From: Octopus vulgaris
Lineage: Eukaryota
Reading direction: 5' to 3'
DNA length: 64,000 nt
Assembly: GCA_951406725.2 (NCBI GenBank)
Contig: OX597831.1
Location: forward strand, 44,764,001 to 44,828,000
The notes beneath the pieces were generated by a model. That model saw nothing but the letters and a program-made list of their open reading frames with translations, ran no database searches and was not told the DNA's origin. Made by a program: the position numbers and the translations under genes. Positions 1 through 11,949 of this stretch are shown here, one piece after another; within the stretch, counting starts at the first letter, position 1, and each line of letters begins with the position of its first letter.

Positions 1-1
1 C

Positions 2-3000
2 TTTTTTTACACTTAACGATTCACATTTAGAATCCTGTGAAGAAAGAGGAAACATGGATTTAGAAAAGTCTTCATTGTTGATCTCAGTGTCATTTAATTT
101 ATCAGAAGAACTATTGGCAGTAAACAATTTTGACTTTACTTCATCTACTTTGTTTAAAACCTTGTTCTGTTGTGATAGCAGAGAAGCTGGTTTATTTGAA
201 TTTTCATTCAATAACTGAAAAGACTTAGATTTAGAACTGTGGCTATGTAGATCACCACAGTACTCAGTAGTGTCAAATAAATAGTCCTGAGAGGAACAAT
301 GCGCTAAATTTGAGGGCTCAGTGGAAACTTGCTCCTTGAGAATGTCTTCAGATAAGGACTGCTCGCACAGATCTTTGCTTTTGCTGGCAGTGCCCAATAT
401 CTTCTTCTGAGGTTGCTTATTTGATGACGAATCATTACTGGAAGAGTTGTGTGGATTTTGAGATTGGTTCACATTAACTGTGATATCTTTGGCACTTTCT
501 TTGTTGCCATGGTCTCTGCTGGTAGGTAACCCCTTAATGGTTAATTTGATGCTAGTATTGTTCAGTGACAGGTTAGACGAAAACTCATAAGAACCAGTTG
601 CATTGCTATCAGTATTGCTACAAGATTTCTCTATTGGTTGACTGGCTGGAGATTCTTTTGGTTCAGACCATGAAAATTCTGCCTCTTCGTACCATAAAAA
701 TGGTGATGAAGATTCGCAAGATGACCAGTTAGAATCTTCATTATCGTCCTTGCTAGGTTCACAAACTTTACTCTTGGTTTTTTTCACTTTAACCATTTGC
801 GATTCAGATGTTGAACAAGTATTTACACTTTTATAATTATCTTTCTTGAAATATTGAGGAACAGGAAGACTTTCAGCTTTACCTTTATTCTTGCCAGCAT
901 TATCCTTGCCAAAAACGTTTGGATTTGATGAATGGTTGTCACTGCTTGAACAGTTTGTTTCTTTTGGTGCAGTTGAGTTGGAAACAGTTGCCAAAGAAGA
1001 AGAAGAAGAAGAGGAGGAATGACAAGCAGCACTTGGACTAACAGAGAAAATAGAATGTGAAAGAGGTTTTGATGAGTTTGGTGATGTATTATGAGATATA
1101 TGTGTTTGCTGAGATGATGAAGATGATGTCGCTGGTGACGACAATGAAGATGCAATGCTATAAAGAGACTGATAGAGTGAATTAGGCTCATTCCTAACTG
1201 TGAGTGAGTCTTCAGATGTGGTAGGTAAAGGAAGTAGAGGCAATTTACAATCTTTGTCCTTAGATGAAACTGCATCACTTGCTTTCTGGTTATCCAAAAT
1301 GTCAGATTCAAAAGATAGCACTGAGGTATTATTATCTAATAATGGTAAAAATATTTGATGTTTAGAAACATTATTGTTTGTATTTTCCTCTCTTTCGGCA
1401 GATAAAACTGAAGCATCAGACACAGCAGAACTTGTTTGGGACGGTTGCTGTCCACTAATAGCAGCATCAGACTCCATCTTACAACTGCTTTCTTTCGACA
1501 GGCCCTCTGAAGTCGGAGAAATGTCCTCATCAGCAGGGTGAACAGAGCTGGAATTATTTTTATCATTGTCAGAAAATGCAGACGATTCATTACTGTTTGT
1601 GTTCACTGATGTTACTGTTGCAGTGGCTATGTCTCCAGGTGTTTGTTTTGTGCATCTCTTGACACCAGGCTGTGCAGTGTCCATAGAGCAGCAGCTAACA
1701 TTGCCTGCTGTATGACAAGTTGAGCTATCTTTCTTCTCGTTTGTCACAGAGCAGGGTTCAGATGATGAGCTACACGACCAACTTGGTATTGAACTGTTTG
1801 AAAGCAAGTTAAAGTCATCAAGAGATTCATTTGCTGTGCTGCTAGTCGCAGTATGAGCTGTAGAAGCAGCTTTAGCACTTTTATCCATACAGAAATCCGA
1901 AAACATCAGTTTAAGATCTGGATCATTGATTTCAGCAAGTGAACCACAAGTTGACACAGGTACACTAATAGCATGCGATATATCATCTAGGTCAATGTTT
2001 TTAGAGCTGTCACCGAGAACTGCTGGTTCTTTCAAGCAATGCTTATCCGTATTGTCTTCTGACTGAACGATTACATCAGCACCAATTGCACCAGATAAAT
2101 ATGAAGAATTATCTGCTGTGAGATCTTCTAATAAGTTACTTCCAGCTAGACCAGGGTCCAATACATGAGAACATGTTGCTACTGTTGCAGTTGATGATGG
2201 CTTTAAGTGATAGCTAGAGAATTTGTTTAGACAAGAACTCTCTTCATGGACATTGTCAATAATGCTGACATCATCTGTATTTACACTGGTCCCTTGGTAA
2301 CGTTTTGAAGATTTATGTCCTGAGCAGTGTTTCTTGAATGTTGATGTTGGCTGTGGGGAAAGAGCAACAACATCTAAATTATTTAAGTAATTACTATCAG
2401 AAACAGAATCACAATGGGATGATAATTTCGATGAGGTGTGCTTACTGCGGTGATGTCGTCTGTGTTTGTGTTTTTTGTGTTTTTTATGACTTTTCCGCCG
2501 CCGTTTGCAAGCAATGATTTCTACACTTGAAGAACGCGATCGATTTTGAGAAACAACAGGGCTTGAAGGTCTGTAGCCATCTCTCTTTCTGCACGATTCA
2601 TTGTTGTAATTAGTATCATAGTTGTAAATACCGCTGGAAAGGTCTGGCTGAGAAGAGCGGTGAGGATAACCAACCCGATAGTAATTGTTGCAGGACAGTG
2701 GAAACATTATAGATTTCTGAGAAATGTGTAGCTGCAGAGATGAAGAAGAGGATGCAGTAGCTTCATCACGTTGGTACCGACAACGAGATCGTTCTTCTCT
2801 AGAGTAACTAGAAGTCCGTTTGCTCTTGGAACGCCGAGAACGAGATCTAGATCTAGACCGTGATCTAGAAGAGTTGGATTGGCTATAGGAATAATGGCTG
2901 AGTCTGTGACTGTGGCGATGTCGTCGTTCACCACTATAAGATGAACTTGAGACATACCTGTGACGAGTTCTGCTCTGACCTCGCTCCTTACGAGATGACT

Positions 3001-4660
3001 TTCTTTTTTCAGAATGGCCCTCTTTTGCATTTTCCCCACTCGTTGATGGTTGCCTTACGACAGTCAATGAATTTTTGTCTTTTGTCTCCTCAGTTTCTTC
3101 TTCAACAGAATCATCGTCTAAATCTGATATTAATATTGGCGAACGTTCAGCCCAAGGTTTTTCATAGGCAGTAATGATCACATCACTGTCGCCATCATCA
3201 TTTTCCTCATCCCTGTTCAATTCAGTTCCACTGGAGTCAGAGCTGCTGTTGTCCTTCTTATCTGGCCGTTGATCAGTAGGCTCGGATTTCATGGAACTAG
3301 AGACCAGGCTTGTGTCATGACTAGTTGATTCAACAGCACTAGTTGATGGTTCTGTAACTGACGTGCTGAAGATACCAGAAGGACCTGGTTGAGGAGACTC
3401 CCAACCTGAAATTGCTGTTTGACTTGTGGTTGCCTCTCGGTCATTCTGACTCGTTTCAGCAGATGGTTCCCAAGAGGAGGAAGTCATAACTATTTGCTGT
3501 GAAGGATGACCTAGACTGATCGACAGAGATATACTGCTTTGATTGCCAGATGTAGTAGCAGTGGCAGTTGCTGTAGTTGTCTCTCGTGGTGAAAGTACAA
3601 TAACATCATCATCACTGGATGAAGCTTCACTAGTATCTACCAGCTGAGTGAAGGGCATATATTGTGAATTAGCATCATAGGAGCGCATATCATGCAATGG
3701 TGACTTTGCAAAATTCTCAAATTCATGAATGAACTGCAATGTATTTCGACCAACAAATGGAAAAATATGTTGGTAAAATTCCTCACTGCTGATTGGATAG
3801 CGCTTTACTAAATCAAGAATAAGTTCCATCACAAAGGTCACATGATTTTCTTGGTTACGTAGCAATGCATTTAGTTCACGGTTTAACCAAGGGGCTAGTC
3901 GATGAACAGCTGTGGGGTTTTTCCTCAAGAAATCGGGTTTAATGTTACGGCAACCATGTAGATGCCTGTTTTTCACTACGCGTAAATTATTTCTGTATAT
4001 ATTGCGTCGGAATTCGACAGAGGCTGTCTGTGTTTGCTGTTGTTGTGACCGACGTAAAGAACGACGTAAACCAGGTCTGGTATTGTAGTCAAGCTGCTGT
4101 GGTGCCATCAGAATCTCATCTCTCTGATGCTGGTTTTGCAGACCAAGCAATCGATCAATTGTTAAAGTTGTACGATAGCGAAACCGTTTCTCATTAGGTG
4201 GTTCATGTTTCTGAACATCGTACTGGTCATAGTCATCATAGGAACGCACATTGTGAATAATGCTCTTGAAAGGTTGCTTACAGAGTGGACATTCTGTTTT
4301 AATCTTTGACCACTCCAAAAGGCAAACGTAACAGAATGTGTGGAAACAACTGTCGGTGAAGGATTTATTCTCCAACTTAGATAGACAAATCGAACAGTTT
4401 GGCTCAGGCGACTGTCGTTGACTCCCATCACTTTCTTTATCAGCATTTTTTTCCTCTTCACCAATTTTGGGGTTACCAATATCTTTCTCATTGGCTGAGT
4501 TAGTGCCTAGACCAGTCTCATTGTTGGCCAGTTCACTGCTCTGTGACAGAGAAGTGGCACTGGCTGCAGTACTACTTGAGCCCTTGCTACCTTCCTTTTT
4601 ACCTTTCCTTCTGTCCTTCTTGTCAGTATCTTTTCTCTTTTTCCTCTCCCCTTTCTCCAT
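2..4660 (-). CDS. TOPORS: TOPORS-like RING E3 ubiquitin/SUMO ligase, large coding exon (3' end beyond left edge)
   Basis: Acceptor ttcag at 4671-4675 (minus), ATG at 4660. Reads MEKGERKKRK...SPEPNCSICLSKLENKSFTDSCFHTFCYVCLLEWSKIKTECPLCKQPFKSIIHNVRSYDDYDQY (C3HC4 RING, TOPORS-type). Then HRLAPWLNREL...FIHEFENFAKSP, SDVIITAYEKPWAERSPILISD, an RS-rich tract and SRSSSVEIIACKRRRKSHKKHKKH. The same frame is still open at positions 2-60 (spot-checked). Confidence 0.95.
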   Translation of the reverse strand, partial: MEKGERKKRKDTDKKDRRKGKKEGSKGSSSTAASATSLSQSSELANNETGLGTNSANEKDIGNPKIGEEEKNADKESDGSQRQSPEPNCSICLSKLENKSFTDSCFHTFCYVCLLEWSKIKTECPLCKQPFKSIIHNVRSYDDYDQYDVQKHEPPNEKRFRYRTTLTIDRLLGLQNQHQRDEILMAPQQLDYNTRPGLRRSLRRSQQQQTQTASVEFRRNIYRNNLRVVKNRHLHGCRNIKPDFLRKNPTAVHRLAPWLNRELNALLRNQENHVTFVMELILDLVKRYPISSEEFYQHIFPFVGRNTLQFIHEFENFAKSPLHDMRSYDANSQYMPFTQLVDTSEASSSDDDVIVLSPRETTTATATATTSGNQSSISLSISLGHPSQQIVMTSSSWEPSAETSQNDREATTSQTAISGWESPQPGPSGIFSTSVTEPSTSAVESTSHDTSLVSSSMKSEPTDQRPDKKDNSSSDSSGTELNRDEENDDGDSDVIITAYEKPWAERSPILISDLDDDSVEEETEETKDKNSLTVVRQPSTSGENAKEGHSEKRKSSRKERGQSRTRHRYVSSSSYSGERRHRHSHRLSHYSYSQSNSSRSRSRSRSRSRRSKSKRTSSYSREERSRCRYQRDEATASSSSSLQLHISQKSIMFPLSCNNYYRVGYPHRSSQPDLSSGIYNYDTNYNNESCRKRDGYRPSSPVVSQNRSRSSSVEIIACKRRRKSHKKHKKHKHRRHHRSKHTSSKLSSHCDSVSDSNYLNNLDVVALSPQPTSTFKKHCSGHKSSKRYQGTSVNTDDVSIIDNVHEESSCLNKFSSYHLKPSSTATVATCSHVLDPGLAGSNLLEDLTADNSSYLSGAIGADVIVQSEDNTDKHCLKEPAVLGDSSKNIDLDDISHAISVPVSTCGSLAEINDPDLKLMFSDFCMDKSAKAASTAHTATSSTANESLDDFNLLSNSSIPSWSCSSSSEPCSVTNEKKDSSTCHTAGNVSCCSMDTAQPGVKRCTKQTPGDIATATVTSVNTNSNESSAFSDNDKNNSSSVHPADEDISPTSEGLSKESSCKMESDAAISGQQPSQTSSAVSDASVLSAEREENTNNNVSKHQIFLPLLDNNTSVLSFESDILDNQKASDAVSSKDKDCKLPLLPLPTTSEDSLTVRNEPNSLYQSLYSIASSLSSPATSSSSSQQTHISHNTSPNSSKPLSHSIFSVSPSAACHSSSSSSSSLATVSNSTAPKETNCSSSDNHSSNPNVFGKDNAGKNKGKAESLPVPQYFKKDNYKSVNTCSTSESQMVKVKKTKSKVCEPSKDDNEDSNWSSCESSSPFLWYEEAEFSWSEPKESPASQPIEKSCSNTDSNATGSYEFSSNLSLNNTSIKLTIKGLPTSRDHGNKESAKDITVNVNQSQNPHNSSSNDSSSNKQPQKKILGTASKSKDLCEQSLSEDILKEQVSTEPSNLAHCSSQDYLFDTTEYCGDLHSHSSKSKSFQLLNENSNKPASLLSQQNKVLNKVDEVKSKLFTANSSSDKLNDTEINNEDFSKSMFPLSSQDSKCESLSVKK

Positions 4661-4869
4661 TATCACAATTCTGAATATAGAAAGAAAAAAAAACAATCAT
4701 AATAATAATTTTATTATTTATCACAATAGTAATGGAGACAACATTACAATGCAACTCAGAATACATCACGATAGATAAAAAAGAAGTATAACATGTGGTT
4801 TGTTAAATGTATATGTAGGTATGTATACATGTGAATGTGCGTGTGTGTATACAATGGTGGCCATAAGTA

Positions 4870-5435
4870 TTGGGTTGTCTGGAAAGTTCGTGCCGATTTA
4901 TAATAGCTTACCATTCGACTTATTTTAGAACATGGTTGAGTCCATTAAATAGGATTTGACTACACCTCCATTTAGAGCACAGTTTAAGCTATCTTTTCGT
5001 GGAAGAAGGCTTATGTTCCTATAACCCGTGTTAATTCTGTAACCCTTTAAAATGGAAGATAAGGAAGTTCATTTTCGGCACTTGATGCTTTGGGAACCAG
5101 ACAAAAATTGCTGCAACTCAGCTGGGATGTGTTACCCCACCCTCCATATTCACCAGATATTGCTCCTTCGGATTTCTACTTATTCAGGTCTCTGCAGAAT
5201 AGTCTAAATGGTAAAAATTTCAATTCCTTGGATGACGTAAAAAGATACCTTGATGAATTCTTTTCCATGAAACCACCTCAATTCTGGGAAGAGGGTATTT
5301 CCAAGTTAAAGGAAAGATGGAGACGCATTGTGCAACAAAATGGTTCATATTTGGTTGATTAAAAATATAATGGCAAGTATTTATTGACCTTTTTCTTTCC
5401 TTTAAATATCAGAACGAACTTTCCGGACAACCCAA
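4870..5435 (+). mobile_element. Internally deleted mariner element (non-autonomous)
   Basis: TA-flanked TIRs ttgggttgtctggaaagttcgt / acgaactttccggacaacccaa. Transposase start MEDKEVHFRHLMLWE is fused to the C-terminus with HPPYSPDIAPSDFYLF. Confidence 0.93.
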
Positions 5436-5507
5436 TATTTTCTAAGAATGGACTCCTCCACAGGAATTTTGAAAGGGTGGCCTCGTCTAGGCACAAGAAT
5501 ACTTTAA

Positions 5508-5718
5508 TTCTTTAGCATTTAAACTGGCCAATATATTCTACTTGTTTTATGCTTAAACTGGCCAGATCTGGCCTCTCTCACCAACTTTACTATATTTTAC
5601 TAAAAAATTAACAGTTAGCTCATCAAAATCTCAATTCTACAAAATAATGCATGATTAATTCAAAACAATGTGAATAAATAAACATTATATTTGACAGAGT
5701 AATCTGAATGCTGAAGGG
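5508..5718 (+). mobile_element. piggyBac-like MITE family 2
   Basis: Homologous to 55335-55555, ends gaaggg|TTAA. Confidence 0.75.
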
Positions 5719-6032
5719 TTAAAATATACCTCCACCACTCACTGCATCTTGGAGATCAATTTTGAACTTTATTATTCATGTCATATTTTTTTTTAAACAC
5801 ACAGACATACATATATTCTGCAAAAACATGTCTGGCCATGAAGCATTTGGAAACAGGTATGGGTTGGCAACAAGGATGGGCATCTGGCTATAGAAAATCT
5901 GCATCAATAAACTCAGTCTGATCCATGCAAAAATGGAAAAGTGGATGTGATGATGATGATACATGTCTTAGCATAGTTATTTTAAAAAAAATATTTCTTT
6001 AGAATAGATTTTTTTAATATTAAGCTCTTTAA

Positions 6033-6252
6033 CCCTCTCGTTACCAACCCGGCTGAAACCGGCCTTGGCTCTGAGTACAAATGTCTTGTTTTCATAAGTT
6101 TTGAATTAAAATCTTCCACCAAACCTTAGTCACAATTTATGTTCCTAACACTAGCTGAATGATAACAATGTTATTTTACTAAATTCTTTGTTACATTTAA
6201 AGTAATTGAAAGAAACACAGAGCATCTCAAAATAAATACAGTAACGAAAGGG
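6033..6252 (+). mobile_element. piggyBac-like MITE family 1
   Basis: TTAA|ccct...aggg|TTAA; near-identical copies at 59435-59655 and 38579-38966. Confidence 0.85.
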
Positions 6253-7466
6253 TTAAACAGTTTTTAACAGATTCTGAAAATGGTTTTAAGGCATTACTAC
6301 CATTATCTGAGCATGTATGTCTGCATATGCATGCATTTGTGTATATGTATGTATGCGTAAATATATATATTCTGCTGGGTGGTTGGTGTTAGGAAGGGCA
6401 TCCAGCCATAAAAACCGTACCAAAACAGACATGGAAGTCTGGCGCAGACTTCTGCTTGGCTCGCTCATGTCAAACTGTCCATCCCATGCCAGCATGGAAG
6501 GCAGACATTAAACGATGAAGATGATGATGATATATATGGCACAGAACCTCCCCAAACTAGATACCAATATCTAAGCATTATCTAAACCTAATGAGATTAT
6601 GTACAAAGCAAAACAATCAATATTAAGTAATCACCACAAACCATGAATCTACAAACACTTTTCACTTTACTAGAATGAAGGACAACTCAGAATGAGACTA
6701 AGATATAAAAAAATTTACAAACAAGCATAACAAACATACACACACACATATATATATACCTTGATATAGTTTAAGCAAATGCCTTCAAGTGTTATACAGA
6801 TGCCAGATAACTACAAAGGTGATAAGCAGTGGTTAAGTCAACACTGTTGAATACTTTTGACTGACCCAAATAATAATTGTATGTAACAAACATAAGGCCA
6901 GAAATTTATGGGAGTGAGAAGCAATTAATTATATCAACCCAAGTTATTTAATTGGTATTTTGAGCCTAGAAAAGTGGGATTTGAACTCAGAATGCAATCA
7001 GGATAAATATAACAAGTTTGAGACTAACAATTCTGCCAATCCACTCTCTTGGTCCAGATGGTAATGGTCTCTAATTTAGGTTCAAGGTGAGCAATATTTT
7101 TTCTTGCAGGGGGAGGGGTCAGTTGATAGCACTGATCCTCGGACATGACTAGTACTTTATTTCATTGACCTTGGAAAGATGAAAGATTAAGTTGATATCG
7201 ATGGATTTGAACTCAGAACATAAATACCACGAAGCTGTAACATTCCTGCTAATCCATCACCTGGACCTAAATGATTTCAGATTTTGGTACAAGGTAAGCA
7301 ACTTTGAGGGGAAGGAGAAGTCAGTTACATTGAACCTCAAGTGCTCCACTAATATTTATTTTATTGACCCTGAAAGGACGAAAAGCAAAGTCAACCTTGG
7401 TGGTATTTGAACTCAGAAGGTAAAGAGCCAAAAGAAATACCACTAAACATTTTATCCAACATGTTA

Positions 7467-7812
7467 ATCATCATTTAACGTCCGTTTTCCATGCTGGCAT
7501 GGGTTGGGTGGTTTGACTGAAAACTGGTAAGCTGGGGAGCTACACCAGGTTTCAGTCTGATTAGGCATGGTTTTTACAGCTGGATGCCCTTCCTAATACC
7601 GACCACTCCAATAGTGTAGTGGGTGCTTTTTATGCACCACTGGCATGGGTGTCAGTTACATGACATCAGCATCTGCCACAGCTATGATCTCACTTGGCTT
7701 GAGAGGTCTTCTCAAGCATGGTACATCACCTAAGGTCTCAGCAACTTGTCACTGCCTCTGTGAGGTCCAACATTCAAAGGGTGCATTTTACATGCCACCA
7801 GCACGGGTGCCT
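7467..7812 (-). mobile_element. RTE 3'UTR-type repeat with (CAT)n end
   Basis: Homologous to the reverse complement of 36290-36628; similar copies at ~9150-9610, 9795-9960, 18412-18660, 37566-37770, 60545-60740. Confidence 0.75.
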
Positions 7813-8829
7813 TCTGCCAACTCACAATCTTATCTAACTCAAATAAAAATGACATAATTCAATCAGCACAGTCACACATTTACCCAGAGTGGTATAAATA
7901 ATTAACTTGACCTCAACATGGAAAGCTGAAAGGCTATGTATTTCTGTTCTAACGAGATCAACAACCATGAGGAACAATCATAAAGGTATGTTCTCTTAAA
8001 AGGCCAATACTTCATTCATATAAGAAAATAAAGCTAACTCTGGCCTAATGAATAGATCCAGTCTATAAAGGGGCAGTAGAAGCAACAAAATTTGCCATAC
8101 ACGAATAGACCATTACTAACTTGGCATTTATTTAATTCCTAAAATATAGGAGACTAATGTCACTTATACAATTGTCCAACCCTAGCTAGCATTAGAAAAA
8201 AGTAAAGATGATGATGATAACTGATTTTCGAAAGAAAAAGGAAAAAAAAAAAATTACCAATACAAGCTCCCATTAGATATATCTGGAAACAAAACAACAT
8301 AGAAAAACTGCTCTGTACATATGCCTGGCCAATTACACTGTCCTTAAGAAGTTCTGTTGTATTCATATGAATTGTTACTTGCCTTAGAAAGTGACAGACT
8401 AAATATTCTATTGACCTTTAGCATACAGACAGGCAACTAGTTAGTACACAATAAACAGGACATAATTTTTAAAGGGAAAAACAATAGCATTTTAATAGTT
8501 GATACCTAGCAATAGTAAATGTCTTATATTGTGCAAAATTAAGCAGAAAAGCTAACACACAACAATGACTTCACTATTGAATTAAACATTATTATTGCAT
8601 TTCAGAAACATGTCCACTGACCCATTTGTAACTGACACAACTGGAACAGTACATAGTTATTACTGTCGAGTCATAGGTAGGTTATACATATGAACAGACG
8701 TGGCTGTGTAGTAAGAAGCTTGCTTCCCAACTACATGGTTCCGAGTTCAGTCCCACTGCATATGGCACCTTAGGCAAGTGTCTTCTACAATAGCCCTGGG
8801 CCAACCAAAACCTTGTAATTGGATTCGGT

Positions 8830-9150
8830 AACTGACACTTCATCAGTTATGACGTTGAGTATTCCAGTTGATCTGATTAACAGAACAGCCTACTTATGAA
8901 ATTAACATGCAGGTGGTTGAGTACTCCTCGGATACATGTACCCGCAACATAGTTCACAGGGAGATTCAGTGCAATACAGAATGTGACAAGGCTGGCCCTT
9001 TGAAATACATGTACAGCTCATTTTTGCCAGCTGAGTTGACTGGGGCAACATGAAATAAAGTGTCTTGCTCAAGGACACAACACACCACCAGGAATCAAAC
9101 TCACAACCTCACAATCATGAGCTGAATACTTAACCACTAAGCCACACCAT
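8830..9150 (-). mobile_element. SINE family D
   Basis: Reverse complement of 34405-34720. Confidence 0.75.
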
Positions 9151-9947
9151 CATCACTTAATGTCCATTTTCCACGCTGGCATGTGTTGGATGGTTTGACT
9201 GAAAACTGGTTAAGCTGGGGAGCTGCACCAGGTTCCAGCCTCATTTGGCATGGTTTCTACAGCTGGATGCCCTTCCTAATGCCAACCACCCGAAGAGTGC
9301 AGTGGATGCTTTTTATATGCCAATTACGTAACACTGGTATCAGCCATGACTACAATCTCACTTGGTTGGACAAGTCTTCTCAAGCATGGTATACAGCCAA
9401 AGGTCTCAGTCATTTGCCACTGTCTCCATGAGGCCCAACATTCGATGGGTGCTTTTTACGTACCACCAGCACGGGTGCCAGGTACACAATGCTAGTATTG
9501 GTCATGACAACGATCTGACTGGCTTGACGGGTCTTCTCAGCACGGCATTTTGCCCAGCATTTGAAGGGTGCTTTTTACGTGCCAGTTATGGACAATAGCA
9601 TTGGCCACATACCTTCAAAATTGGTCATTCATTCCCAATACTCTGCTACAACATGTCCAACTATGGAGGAATATTATTACCTTGCCTGGAAGCAGGTGAG
9701 GGTTGGCAACAGGAGGGGCATATGACCGCACAAAATTTGTTTCAATAAACTCTGACCGATACATGCAAGCATGAAAAACTGGATACCCTGATGATCATCA
9801 TCATTTAACTTTTGTTTTCCATGCTGGCATGGCTTAGATGGTTTGACTGGGACCAGTAAACTGGAGAGCTGCACTAGGCTCCAGTTTGTTTAGGTTTGGT
9901 TTCTGGAGGCCCTTCCTAACATCAACCACTCTACAGAGTGTACAAGG

Positions 9948-10198
9948 TGTCTTTTACATGTCACCATCATGAGAGCCTTTTAAGTGTCACCAACACGGAT
10001 GCCTTTTAAGTGTCACCAACATGGGTGTCTTTTACATATCAATGGCACAGATGCCTTTTATGTGTTACTGGAATGGATGCCTTTTATGTGTCACCAGCAT
10101 GGGTACCTCTTATGTATCATTGGCACAAGTGCCTTTTATGTGTCACTGGCACAGTGCCTTTTACATGTCATTGGCACAGTGTCTTTTATGTGTCACTG
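9948..10198 (+). repeat. ~26-bp minisatellite, about 10 diverged units
   Basis: Unit approximately gccttttatgtgtcactggcacaggt. Confidence 0.85.
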
Positions 10199-10595
10199 AA
10201 ACAAAATAAGGGAGGCATGGCTGTGTGGTTGAGAAGCTCATGCCTGATCACAGAGCATGGCATGTTGAGCAAGTGCCTTCTATTATAACCTTGGACTGGT
10301 CAATACCCTGTGAGTACAATTTCGGAAGCAGAAACATTACAGAACCCTAGCATATATATATATATGTGTATATATGTGCATGCAAGTAAATATGTTTGTC
10401 TCTGTATGTCTTAACAGTGACAACATTTATGTCCTGCATAAACATTGTCCAGCAGCTAAAAACTTTGATACATCAAGACAGAATAAAATACCTTGTTTAA
10501 AAAAACAAAGGTTGGTATGAGAAAGGGCACCCAGCTGTAGAATACCACCCCAAGAACTGGTGTCAGTAAAGGTATTTGAGTTGACCTATGCTTAA

Positions 10596-10993
10596 GCACA
10601 TGAGTGGCTGTGTGGTAAGTAGCTTGCTTACCAACCACATGGTTCTGGGTTCAGTCCCACTGCGTGGCACCTTGGGCAAGTGTCTTCTACTATAGCTTTA
10701 GGCCAACCAAAGCCTTGTGAGTGGATTTGGTAAATGGAAACTGAAAGAAACCCGTTGTATATATGTGTATATATATATATATATATTTGTGTGTCTGTGT
10801 TAGTCTCCCCACCCAACATCACTTGACAACTGCTGCTGGTGTGTTTACGTCCCTGTAACTTAGCGGTTCGGCAAAAGAGACTGATAGAATAAGTACTGGG
10901 CTTACAAAGAATAAGTCCTAGGGTTGATTTCCTTGACTAAAGGTGGTGCTCCAGCATGGCCACAGTCAAATGACTGAAACAAGTAAAAGAGTA
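10596..10993 (+). mobile_element. tRNA-derived SINE family A (full length)
   Basis: A/B-box-like head (tggctgtgtggtaag...ggttcagtccc), CORE-like ccttgggcaagtg, central (TA)n/(TG)n, tail ...gaaacaagtaaaagag; many dispersed copies and fragments in window. Confidence 0.85.
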
Positions 10994-11949
10994 TAATTGA
11001 TTTCAGAAAGATGAAAGTAAAATTGACCCTGATATAATTTGAACTCAACAAAGAAACAGAGCATTTTTACTTTCTGCTCTCCCCTGTTCTAATAATAATA
11101 ATAATGTTTTCGCATTTCGGCTCAAGGTCATCAATTTTGAGCAGCGGGGAGTTGATTGCATTGATGCCAGTGCTCAACTTCGAAAGGATGAAAGCTAAAG
11201 CCAACCTCAGCAGTATTTGAACTCAACCTGAAGCTGGAAGAAATGCTGCTAAGCATTCTGTCCTGCATGCTGATGGTTCTGCTAGCTCAACACCTTAATA
11301 ATAATAATAATAATTCTTTCTACTATAGGCACAAGGCCTGAAATTTTTGGGGAAGGGACAAGTTGATTACATCCCCCACCCCGTACTCAACTGGTTTATC
11401 GACCCTGAAAGGATGAAAGGCAAAGTTGACCGCAGTGGAATCTGAACTCAGAACGTAGCAGCAGACAAAATACCACTAAGCATTTCACCCAGCGTACTAA
11501 CCATTCTGCCAGCTTGCCACCTTAATAAAAATAAAAATAATAATAATGATAATAGTAGTAGTAGTATTGGTTTCATATTCTGACACAAGACCAGCCAGCA
11601 ATTTCAGAGAAAGGGTTCGGTTGATTACATCAAGCCCAGTGTTCAACTGGTACATAGTAAAAATAATAATATTAATTTTAAATGTAGATACATGATCACA
11701 AATTTTGATTGAAACTGGTAGTTATACATCAATGACAGAAGGATTGAAGAAAAAGCAAAGACAAGCAGCATATAATCTCTGAATGCACTTAAACTCTGAA
11801 AGGCCTGTTTCACCTTTGCTCTGTGTGTGTGTGTGTGTGTGCGAATGAGAGAGAGAAAGTGAGAAAAACCATGTGGCAAACAAAAAGAGAACAAGATAGA
11901 CCATCAACAGTGTGGCAAGTACAGATACAGGGTATTACATACAGCTGGA

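Noticed and set aside
823-4778. Listed ORFs at 823-1311, 1336-1590, 2707-3039, 2941-3174, 4162-4491 and 4467-4778 as separate genes
   Set aside because: Alternative-frame or antisense shadows of the TOPORS exon.
5090-5362. SETMAR or functional transposase gene
   Set aside because: Only a C-terminal fragment inside a 566-bp internally deleted element.
9948-10198. CRISPR-like regular repeat array
   Set aside because: Units are contiguous without unique spacers, derive from a LINE UTR, there are no cas genes, and the context is eukaryotic.
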